From an uncultured Acidobacteriota bacterium (GTDB lineage: Bacteria; Acidobacteriota; Terriglobia; Acidiferrales; UBA7541): DNA of 64,000 nucleotides. Both the position numbers and the translations under genes were made by a program. Each line of letters opens with the position of its first letter. Within the stretch, counting starts at the first letter, position 1. Positions 11,652 through 22,094 of this stretch are shown here, piece by piece. Below the pieces are notes generated by a model. That model did not search any database. It was given only the letters and a program-made list of their open reading frames with translations, and was not told the DNA's origin. The DNA lies in NCBI GenBank assembly GCA_963708285.1, contig CAVPSF010000001.1, positions 99,479 to 163,478 of the forward strand, given 5' to 3'.

Positions 11652-13627
11652 GATTCGGTTGAATCCATCGCGGCTCCCGGTGGAAGAGTCAGAATAAATC
11701 GCGTGCCTTTGGCGTCGCGCACCGGGCTCTGGCAATCGAGCCTCGCGCCCATTTCCGCAGCGCGGCGCGCGACAATCGAAAGGCCCAAGCCCGTGCCGGT
11801 CACTTTCGTGGTGAAAAACGGCTGATAAATTTTCTCGCGCAATTCGGAGGAAATGCCCGGGCCGTCATCTTCCACGCACACTTCCGCTCCTTGCGCGGTC
11901 CGAGCCAGGCTTACGCGCACGCGCCCACCCTCCGGCTGGGCTTCGATGGCGTTGACCAGCAAATTCGAAAGCGCCTCGGTGAACGCTTCCTCCGACGCCA
12001 CAATCGCGATTTCATCCGCGGGCGAATCGAATTCCATGCGCACGTTCCGCCGCTCCGCATCGCGGCCAAAAAGCGCCGCCGTCTGCCGCGCCAGAGCCAC
12101 CGCGGCGATGCGCTGCCCATTGACCGATGGCTTCGCAAAATTCAGCAGCTGCTTCAATTTCACACTCATGCGGTCGATTTCGTCCACCACCAACGCGCAG
12201 TCATGGCGCACATCGAGCGGCAAATCCGGATGTTCGAGCTGGACTTGGAGAATTGTTTTCATCGAACTCAAGGGGTTGCGCAAATTGTGCGAGACGCTGG
12301 CCGCCATCTGCCCCAGCAGCGCCAGACGCTCGCGCTCCGCCAGTTCCCTTTCCAGCTGAAGCTTTTCCTCAATCAAGCGCGCGAGATCAATCATCGCCGG
12401 CAACTGCTCGGCCAGGAATTCGAGCGCGGCGGAAGTTTCGCCGGTCAGGTAGGCGCCGGTGGAGACCGCCTCCAGCACGCCGATTTCGCCCTTTTCCTTC
12501 AGCAGCGGAACAGACACGGCGTGGCCGAGGCCGCCGGGAATTTCCAGAGGTTTCCCCGTCGCCTGGCGTGGAACGGATATGCGCACTCCCGCCAGGCTCA
12601 ATTCTTCGCGGATTTTTTCTTCCGCAAAGGCGAGGAGCGGCGCCACTCTTCCCTGCCGCGCTTGCTCCTGAATTTCGATGGTCAGCCGCTGGAGGTATCC
12701 GATGCGAGCGGTAAAATTTTTGTACAGCAACGGGCCGATCAGGCGCTCGAGCGGCTCAAAGAGAAATAGCAGCGCGAAAAGCAGAATGCTGGCCGTGGCT
12801 TCCGGCGGCAAAGTCGAGGCCAGCCATCCACTCACGCGATGCACCAGCGCGAGATACAGCACGGCAAGCGAGATGGCCGAGAGCGCGTAGAGCAGATTGC
12901 GCTGGGCGCCAAATTCCAGAAAATTGTGGCGCAGCGCATAGTAAATCAGCAGCCCGCCGGGGAGTATCCCACTCAGGATGATGGCCGCCGACACCGCGTC
13001 GCCCTGCATTGGGGAAAGGCCGGGGGCGAATTCACGAAGCGCCAAAAACACGGCAAGAAAACAAGAAACCCAAAACAAGCATTGAAACAAACGGCGCTCG
13101 ACCGGTGCGTTCGCGGATCGCGCGATGAACAATTGCAGGAGCCCTCCCACGATCAGGCAGGACACCAAAACCACGCCGCTGTGCGTGAGCAGCGAACCCA
13201 CCGCGGTGCTGTACCATGGCGTGCTTTGCCGGTGCGATTCAATGGCGGCGATCAGCAGGCTGTTCAAGGGAACCAGGTAAATCAGGTACACCAGGGCCAT
13301 GAAGGAGGTTTGCAGACGCCGCCGGCTGGCCTGCTGAAAATATTCGGCATGAGTGTGCACGGCCAATGGAAACAGGAACAGGATTCCCAGGGCGATCAGG
13401 CTGGCGGCAAAAAGTCGCGTCAATTCCGGCGGAACGGTGTATTGAATTCTCGCGTTCATCTCCAGCAATCCGCCGGCAAAAATCAGGAAGAGCGAAAGGA
13501 CCAGGAAAAAGAGCAGGCGCTCGAGCAGTCGCGGACGCCTGTGACCAAGAATCAGGGCCAGCAGGAAGAGGTAGACGAGGGTGCCGATGGCGAAGCCGAT
13601 CAGGCGAACGTAGAAGAGCGCTGCCAC
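11648..13627 (-). CDS. Multi-pass membrane sensor histidine kinase (about 9 TM + GAF-like + HisKA + HATPase_c); architecture resembles PrsK-type kinases
   Basis: 659-aa ORF. The N-terminal half is hydrophobic. The H-box is MAASVSHNLRNPL, the N-box is LLVNAIEA, and the G-boxes are DDGPGI and GTGLGLSI. The PrsK assignment is only an architectural resemblance. Confidence 0.85.
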
Positions 13628-13782
13628 CGGTGCACCTCTTGATGCGGGATTCTACCTTGCAAGGAGAGGCAACTCAACGGCCAAGTGTCGGAAAAAACTT
13701 GCACCATATAAACCATTGTATATACACAGCTTAGATAAACAAGACACGCAATGGAATGAGCGTTGCGCTGTCAAGTTTTGGC

Positions 13783-13810
13783 TTGACTGGCGCGTGCGGC
13801 GTGCTATATT
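13783..13810 (+). promoter_or_regulatory. Putative sigma-70 promoter of groES-groEL (TTGACT-16 nt-TATATT)
   Basis: TTGACT at 13783-13788 and TATATT at 13805-13810, about 75 nt upstream of groES. The -10 element overlaps the first CIRCE half-site. Confidence 0.55.
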
Positions 13811-13835
13811 AGCACTCGCGCCTGAGGAGTGCTAA
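13809..13835. promoter_or_regulatory. CIRCE operator (HrcA binding site): TTAGCACTC-N9-GAGTGCTAA
   Basis: A perfect match to the CIRCE inverted-repeat consensus (TTAGCACTC gcgcctgag GAGTGCTAA), located between the putative promoter and groES. Confidence 0.9.
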
Positions 13836-13883
13836 AACCCTCGGCTTGCGCGACACACAGTTCTCACCGGAGGAATTGCAAAA

Positions 13884-14204
13884 ATGGCAGTCAACATTAC
13901 GCCGCTGCATGACCGCGTGTTGGTCCGGCGGCTTGAAGAGAAGGAAAGTGTGAAAGGCGGAATCATCATTCCCGACTCGGCGAAAGAGAAGCCGCAAGAG
14001 GGAGAAGTGATCGCTGTAGGAAACGGCCGCCGGGAAAAGGGTGAATTGATTCCACTCGATGTGAAGCCCGGAGACCGCATTCTGTTCGGCAAATACAGCG
14101 GCAACGACATCAAGATCGACGACGAGGAATACATGATCCTCAAGGAAGATGAAATCCTCGCCAAAATCGGCGGCCAGGCGAAAGCGGCCGGCAGCAAGAA
14201 GTAA
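13884..14204 (+). CDS. groES: Co-chaperonin GroES
   Basis: 106-aa [20 protein letters not shown]…[22 protein letters not shown] is the classic Cpn10 sequence. Confidence 0.95.
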   Translation: MAVNITPLHDRVLVRRLEEKESVKGGIIIPDSAKEKPQEGEVIAVGNGRREKGELIPLDVKPGDRILFGKYSGNDIKIDDEEYMILKEDEILAKIGGQAKAAGSKK

Positions 14205-15944
<1,740 letters not shown>

Positions 15945-15952
15945 TAAATTCA

Positions 15953-15994
15953 GGGCGTCTTGGTCATTCGGCCAGGACGCCCTTTTTGTTTTTG
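15953..15994 (+). terminator. Rho-independent terminator after groEL
   Basis: The stem GGGCGTCTTGG / CCAGGACGCCC has one G-U pair and an 8-nt loop, and is followed by TTTTTGTTTTT. Confidence 0.75.
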
Positions 15995-16197
15995 AGGATG
16001 CCCACGCCGCGGCACACCCAATGGAATGCGGGGCCGGGCAGCGTCCCGCGATAAACTCGAACTCCCGATTCGCAACACAAGCAGCCGCGCGGGAAGAACC
16101 GGCGGGTTCCTTGCCCGCTGGGCGGGGATTCGGTATAGTCTGTCACGCACCTGTAATAATTGGTTTTCGGGGTCTTGCGCGGGAGGACAGGAGGACC

Positions 16198-16825
16198 ATG
16201 CGGGGAATGTTGAGCAGGCTGCTACCGAGGGAAACCTCTTTTTTTCAGATGTTTACGCAGCAAGCGGAAAATGTGTACGCCGGAGCTGTGGCGCTGGTCG
16301 AGATGCTCGAAAACTTCAGTAATCCGTGCGGCTGGCGTGGAAAAAATCGAATCCTACGAACATATTGGCGATACCATCACCCACGGGGTGATGACCCGCT
16401 TGAATCAGACTTTCATCACTCCTTTTGACCGCGAAGATATCCACGAACTTGCCAGCAAAATTGACGACGTAATCGACTTGATCGACGCCGTCTCCTCGCG
16501 GCTGATTACTTACCGGGTGCAAACTATCCGCCCGGGAGTGGTGGAGTTGGCGCGAACGGTGCGCGACGCTTCGGCGGAAATCGTTGCGGCGGTGCGGGTG
16601 TTGGACAAGGGCGATCACATCCTCGACCACTGCATCGAAATCAACCGCCTGGAAAATCAAGCCGACCGGCAGTGCCGCGAATTGATCGCGCTGCTCTTCG
16701 ACCAGGAAAAAGATCCGGTGCAGATCATCAAGTGGAAAGAGATTATCGAAACCCTGGAATTTGCCACCGATAAATGCGAGGACGTGGCCAACGTCATCGA
16801 AACCGTAACACTGAAAAATGCCTGA
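16198..16825 (+). pseudogene. DUF47 / PhoU-like phosphate transport regulator (Pit accessory protein), frame broken by one extra nucleotide
   Basis: Frame A starts at ATG 16198 (SD GGAGGA) and gives MRGMLSRLLPRETSFFQMFTQQAENVYAGAVALVEMLENFSNP. Frame A+1 (ORF 16271-16825) continues …AAGVEKIESYEHIGDTITHGVMTRLNQTFITPFDREDIHELASKIDDV. Together these form a typical DUF47 protein. Confidence 0.8.
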
Positions 16826-16895
16826 ACGCATGCGCACCTCCCTTGGCAGGTCGGCTTCCTGAAGCGAAATTAAAATTTCATAGGAGAACCGCGGA

Positions 16896-17892
16896 GTGTC
16901 GAGCTTTCAAATGCTGTGCACCATCGTCGTGATCAGTCTGGCATTCGACTTCACGAACGGATGGCACGATGCGGCCAGCTCGATTGCTACGGTGGTTTCC
17001 ACGCGCGTGCTGCGGCCGTTATGGGCCGTGGTTTGGGCGGCGTTCTGGAATCTTGTTGCGCCGCTCACGTTTGGCACGGCGGTGGCCGCCACCATGGGCA
17101 AGGGCCTGGTGCACCTGCAAATGGTTGATTCGCAGGTGCTGCTGGCAGGATTGCTGGGCGCCATCATCTGGAATTACGCCACGATCCGCCTGGGCATTCC
17201 CTGCAGCTCATCTCACGCGTTGATGGGAGGATTCGGCGGCGCCGCGATTTCCGCGGCGGGGTTTCGCGCCATCATCTTGACCGGATGGTACAAGCCCATC
17301 CTGTTCATTTTTATCGCTCCAGTGATCGGGTTGGTTGCCGGAATATTCGTCATGGCGGGCACTAGCTGGCTCGTGCGGCGGCAACCTCCGCGGCGCGTCG
17401 ACAAATGGTTTCGCCGCCTGCAATTGCTGTCCGCTGCGGCTTTCAGCTTCAGCCATGGAACGAATGACGCGCAAAAGAGCATGGGATTGATTACCGCGGC
17501 GCTCGTGACCACCGGAGTCGTAACCACCTATAAAGTGCCGGATTGGGTTATCATTTGTTGTGCGCTGGCCATGGCCGGAGGAACAATGGCAGGAGGCTGG
17601 CGCGTGGTGAAAGACCATGGGTCAGCGCATCACCAAGCTGAACCCCTTCAGCGGATTCGCGGCGGAAACTTCCGCTGCTTTGACGCTGATCGGCACGGCC
17701 GCCGCGGGCATTCCGGTCAGCTCGACGCAGGTCATCACCGGCGCGATTTCCGGCGTGGGAGCTTCGCGGCGGATCACGGCGGTGCGCTGGGGGGTAACGC
17801 GGCAAATTTTGTGGGCCTGGATATTGACCATTCCCGGCGCGGGGATCATGGGCGCGGCATTTTATTATACGTACCTGCACTGGTTGCGCTGA
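16896..17892 (+). pseudogene. PiT-family inorganic phosphate transporter, frame broken by one extra nucleotide
   Basis: The N-terminus has the PiT motif FDFTNGWHDAASSIAT. After …GGWRVVK the frame degenerates. The +1 frame (17617-17892) reads TMGQRITKLNPFSGFAAETSAA…STQVITGAISGVGA…, which is the conserved PiT C-terminal half. Confidence 0.85.
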
Positions 17893-17893
17893 T

Positions 17894-19090
17894 ATGAGCG
17901 AACGCAAAGAACCCTACGCGACGGTCGAAGAGGCGGTGGAAGAAATCCGCAAGGGCCGCATGATTGTCCTGGTGGACGACGAAGACCGCGAAAATGAAGG
18001 CGACCTGACCATGGCCGCCGAAAAAGTGACTCCGGAAGCCATTAACTTCATGGCCAAATTCGGGCGCGGGCTGATTTGCCTGGCGCTGACGGAGCGGCGT
18101 TGCGAGGTGCTGAGCCTCGCTCCCATATCTCCGCGCAATACTTCCGCCTTCGGCACTCCCTTTTGCGAGCCGATTGACGCGCGCCGCGGCACCACCACGG
18201 GCACCAGCGCTTCCGACCGCGCCACCACGATTTTGACGGCCACCGATCCGCAAACCACGCCTGAAGATTTGGCGCGGCCGGGGCACGTGTACACTTTGCG
18301 GGCGCGCAATGGCGGCGTGCTGGTGCGCGCCGGACAAACCGAAGCTTCCGTGGACCTGGCGCGCATCGCCGGACTCGATCCCTCGGGCGTAATTTGCGAG
18401 GTGATGAACGACGACGGGACCATGGCGCGCATTCCGCAGCTCAAGGAATTCTGCCTGCAGCATGGGTTGAAGCTGCTGACCGTGGCGGATTTGATTCGCT
18501 ACCGCATGCAGCATGAGCGCTACGTCCGGCGCATCGCCGAATCGATTTTGCCGACGCGCCACGGCGATTTCCGAATGATCGCGTATTCAAGCGATGTGGA
18601 TAGCGAACTGCACGTGGCGCTGGTGCACGGCGACCTCGCGTCCATGGCCGCGGCCCCGGAACCTCCGCTGGTGCGCGTGCATTCGCATTGCCTGACGGGC
18701 GATGTGCTGCAATCGACGGCCTGCGATTGCCAGAACGTGATCGACGATTCGCTGCGGGCCATCGCCGCCGAAGGGCGCGGAGTTTTTGTCTACTTGCATC
18801 AGACCGGACGCGGATTCCAAATTGACGCGCGTACCCCCGAAGGCGAATCCGTGCCGCGCATTCTTTTTCACACTCGCTCGGAAGCGGAACAGGACGCCGG
18901 AGTGCAAAGGACCGTGCAGCGCGAAAGCGGCATCGGCGCGCAGATTTTGATTGATCTGGGACTGCGCAAAATTCGCGTGCTAACCAATCACCCTCGTCGC
19001 GTCGCGGCGCTCGAAGGGTACGGCCTGGAAATTGCCGATCAGGTTCCCCTGGAGTCCCGGTCGGCAAGGAGCAGGCATCAGGTTCTGTAG
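17894..19090 (+). CDS. ribBA: RibBA-type fusion: 3,4-dihydroxy-2-butanone-4-phosphate synthase + GTP cyclohydrolase II-like domain (C-terminal half divergent)
   Basis: The N-terminal half has the DHBP synthase motifs VDDEDRENEGDL and RAGQTEASVDLARIAG. The C-terminal half keeps HCLTGDVLQSTACDC and GIGAQILIDLG…LTNHPRR but lacks the canonical EGRGIG…AY…DTVEAN block. Confidence 0.8.
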   Translation: MSERKEPYATVEEAVEEIRKGRMIVLVDDEDRENEGDLTMAAEKVTPEAINFMAKFGRGLICLALTERRCEVLSLAPISPRNTSAFGTPFCEPIDARRGTTTGTSASDRATTILTATDPQTTPEDLARPGHVYTLRARNGGVLVRAGQTEASVDLARIAGLDPSGVICEVMNDDGTMARIPQLKEFCLQHGLKLLTVADLIRYRMQHERYVRRIAESILPTRHGDFRMIAYSSDVDSELHVALVHGDLASMAAAPEPPLVRVHSHCLTGDVLQSTACDCQNVIDDSLRAIAAEGRGVFVYLHQTGRGFQIDARTPEGESVPRILFHTRSEAEQDAGVQRTVQRESGIGAQILIDLGLRKIRVLTNHPRRVAALEGYGLEIADQVPLESRSARSRHQVL

Positions 19091-19214
19091 GTTTTTCTTC
19101 TGTCGCAACCGCGCACCATTCCGCGCGTAATCATTCGCCTTCCCGGAATAACTCGCTGCGGATTCGGACTTCGCGCAATCCTCGCGCGTTTCCGTCCGAT
19201 TGCTGCGGTCCCCG

Positions 19215-20306
19215 TTACTCTCCGTAGACCAGGACGACGAACGAGCCGGGAAGAATTGGCGGAGCGGGGTGCGGGTCTTCCTTGGTGGGCTTGGGAGTAT
19301 CTCCAAACGCTGCGGAAACCAGGTAAATCTGTCCATTCTTGGGATCAAGCGCCATGGTGCGGGCGTGCAGTTGGGTGACAAAGTCCTCAACGAGCGTGTA
19401 ATTGTCGGGCCCATCTTCGTGCACCGCCGTAAGCGTGCCGCTATCGCCGTTGGAGGAAAAGATGGTGCCGGAGGAAGGGTCGAAGGCGATGGTGTGCGCG
19501 CCTTGGTCGGTCGCCTGCGTGGAAACCATTTTGCCGGTGTCCGCATTCACCACCGCCATCATGCGGTTCGTGCAACCGATGAATAAGCGGCGGTGAAGAA
19601 TGTCCATGCCCAGTCCCAGGGGAGCTTCGCACGGGAGGATTGACCAGAAAGCAGTGACCGTCAAATCCTGAGTATTGATTTGCTGCTGTTCGTTTTTATC
19701 CGCGAGGTTCACATAGAGATGACCCGCGCCATCTGCCACGGCATATTCCGGACGTCCACGAAGAGGAATGGTGGCCAGGACTTTTCCGCTTGCGCCATCA
19801 ATGGCTGTTGCGGAGTGGCCCACGTCATTCATCACGAACACGCGCTTCGAGCCGGGATCATAGACGATGGCGCCGGGACTTTCACCGGCGTCCGCGGTAG
19901 CCAGAGTTTTCAGCGAGCTGAGGTCGAAGATGGTGACGTTGTTTTTTTCTCCATTCGATGTGAATCCGCGCCCCAGCTCCGGCGCAAGCGCGATGCCTTG
20001 CACTCCCGGAGTGTCGTTGATCTCGCCTTCCACCTTTTCCGAATCCACATCGATTACAATGACTTTGTTTTGCCGCGAAATGAAAAGGCGGCGCGTGGGA
20101 GAATCAAAGGCGAGATAACCCCAGGAACCTTCTCCGCCAAGCTCGATGCGCCGCAGAAGATGATATCCAGAAGCTCCGGGCATGGGCGCGTGAGAAGCGG
20201 GAGCGATGCCCGTCGGTGAAGCGAAGCAGCGAATTGCCAGGGGCGCAAAAATCGCGCCCGCCAGAAGTGTGGAAAGACCAAAAATCAGCATCCTGCGTGC
20301 TGGCAC
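19215..20306 (-). CDS. Secreted YncE/YVTN-like beta-propeller repeat protein (paralog 1)
   Basis: 363-aa ORF with an N-terminal signal-like segment and repeated blades (…RRLFISRQNKVIVIDV…, …GIALAPELGRGFTSNG…, …AIVYDPGSKRVFVMN…). An alternative ATG lies at 20291. Confidence 0.7.
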   Translation of the reverse strand: MPARRMLIFGLSTLLAGAIFAPLAIRCFASPTGIAPASHAPMPGASGYHLLRRIELGGEGSWGYLAFDSPTRRLFISRQNKVIVIDVDSEKVEGEINDTPGVQGIALAPELGRGFTSNGEKNNVTIFDLSSLKTLATADAGESPGAIVYDPGSKRVFVMNDVGHSATAIDGASGKVLATIPLRGRPEYAVADGAGHLYVNLADKNEQQQINTQDLTVTAFWSILPCEAPLGLGMDILHRRLFIGCTNRMMAVVNADTGKMVSTQATDQGAHTIAFDPSSGTIFSSNGDSGTLTAVHEDGPDNYTLVEDFVTQLHARTMALDPKNGQIYLVSAAFGDTPKPTKEDPHPAPPILPGSFVVLVYGE

Positions 20307-20411
20307 GAAAACGATCCCCCTGCCGGGATGAAGCGGATGCGTTTCGCCGGCGGCTTTGGCAGCCCACCCGCCGAAACGCGTCCTCTCCCATCCATCGATG
20401 CCCTTCCGGTA

Positions 20412-21509
20412 TTATCTGCCAAAAACCAGCACAACAAATGAATCCGGGACCATCGTCGGGCGCTGGTGCGGATGCTCCGCCGTGGGCGCCGGCGCAGGGT
20501 TAAAATCGGCTGTTACCACAAAAACTTCATGGGTCTTCGGGTCGAGCGCCATGGTGCGCGCTCCGCGCTTGGTGGGCACGTTTTCAACCACGCTATAGCT
20601 ATCCGGCGTGTCCTCGTGCACCACGGTGAGATCGGCGGTTTCGCCGTTGGATGCGAAAGCATATCCCGTCCCAGCATCAAAACGGTCGGCGTCCACGCCC
20701 TCGCCGATGGCCGGGGTGGCCACGACTTTGCCGGAATCGGCGTCGATGACCGCCATCATTTTGTTGTCGCATCCCGCAAACAGGCGGCGATGAACAGTGT
20801 CAATCGCGAGGCCGGAAGGAGATTCGCAAGGCGCCATCGGCCAGCGCGCGGTCACCGTGAGTTTCTGCGCATCGATCTGCAATTCCTCGCTTTTGTCTTC
20901 CAGGTTGTTGTAAATATGCCCGGCTCCGTCAGTCACCGCGAATTCCGGCTTCCCGTCGAGTTCAATCGTTCCCACCACTTTGCCTGTTGCGCCGTCGATG
21001 GCCGTGGCATTGTGGCTTCGGCCGTTCATGGCAAAAACGCGGTGAGTGAACGGATCGTAGACGATGGCGTCCGGATTGGTTCCGGCTGGCGCCGTGCCCA
21101 GAACTTTCAGCGTTTTCAAATCAAAAATTGTGATGGTGCCAGCGCGGCCGTTGGACGTAAAACCGCGACCGAGGTCCGGAGCCAGGGCGATGCCATGAAC
21201 TCCCTCGGTATCCGGAATTTCTCCCACCACTTTTCCGGAATCCACGTCGAGGACCATTACTTTTGTGCCGCGGGAAACGAACAGGCGGCGCGTGGGGGAA
21301 TCAAATTCGATGTAATCCCAAAAGCCCTCGCCCCCGAGCTTGATGGTCTTCAGCAAATGATAGCCGGAAGCTCCCGCGGCGGGAGATGCGGAGGCAGCAG
21401 CCGTGATCGGAGCAGCGGCCGCCGGTGCCCGCATCGTCCAACCCATCACGGCGAAAGCAAGAATCAAGAAAGCGAAAATTCCCAATATACCGATTCTCTT
21501 CTTTTCCAC
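20412..21509 (-). CDS. Secreted YncE/YVTN-like beta-propeller repeat protein (paralog 2)
   Basis: Collinear with paralog 1 (GYHLLKTIKLGGEGFWDYIEFDSPTRRLFVSRG… against GYHLLRRIELGGEGSWGYLAFDSPTRRLFISRQ…). The GTG start at 21509 is preceded by AAGGAG. Confidence 0.7.
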   Translation of the reverse strand: MEKKRIGILGIFAFLILAFAVMGWTMRAPAAAAPITAAASASPAAGASGYHLLKTIKLGGEGFWDYIEFDSPTRRLFVSRGTKVMVLDVDSGKVVGEIPDTEGVHGIALAPDLGRGFTSNGRAGTITIFDLKTLKVLGTAPAGTNPDAIVYDPFTHRVFAMNGRSHNATAIDGATGKVVGTIELDGKPEFAVTDGAGHIYNNLEDKSEELQIDAQKLTVTARWPMAPCESPSGLAIDTVHRRLFAGCDNKMMAVIDADSGKVVATPAIGEGVDADRFDAGTGYAFASNGETADLTVVHEDTPDSYSVVENVPTKRGARTMALDPKTHEVFVVTADFNPAPAPTAEHPHQRPTMVPDSFVVLVFGR

Positions 21510-21717
21510 GGTTATCTCCTTGAAATAAAAATCGCCGATGCCGGCAGGGCGCATCGTATTCCGCCGATTCCAACGCCGAACGCAGCGGCCATCATGACAG
21601 GCAATTCTGAAAATTAAATGAAAGAGAATGTTTCAAGCGTGTGAATTCCCTGAACGCAGCCGTCGCGCCGACGGATGGGCAAATCATAAGCGCGAAGCGT
21701 CGGCAATTGTCGCCGTA

Positions 21718-22074
21718 TCACGGTGAAGCGCGCGGCACAGCCTTGGCTGCGTGCGGCGTCACAATGACGTAGGGCCGCAGCTTTTCAAGCCTGGCTTTAT
21801 TGATGCCGCGAATGGCCAGGAGGTCATCCACTCGCTCGAATGGTCCGCTTTTCTCGCGAAGATTCACGATGGCTCGGGCGCGGCTGGGGCCGATGCCTGG
21901 CACCTGTTCAAGCTGCGCAATCGTGGCCGTGTTCAAATTGACGGGCTCGACTGGCGGTTTTTTCTGCGCGGTCGCAAATCCTGACGCCCCGATTGCGGTG
22001 GCGAGAAGAAAAACAACGCCAAACGGGTAGTTGACCCTCAGATGGATCGCTCCACTCTCGCGTGCGAATTTCAT
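21718..22074 (-). CDS. ComEA-like helix-hairpin-helix DNA-binding protein
   Basis: 118-aa ORF. A signal/TM segment is followed by NLNTATIAQLEQVPGIGPSRARAIVNLRE…F..VDDLLAIRGI, the ComEA HhH signature. Confidence 0.75.
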   Translation of the reverse strand: MKFARESGAIHLRVNYPFGVVFLLATAIGASGFATAQKKPPVEPVNLNTATIAQLEQVPGIGPSRARAIVNLREKSGPFERVDDLLAIRGINKARLEKLRPYVIVTPHAAKAVPRASP

Positions 22075-22094
22075 CGCGCGTTCTTCGCTCCCAC

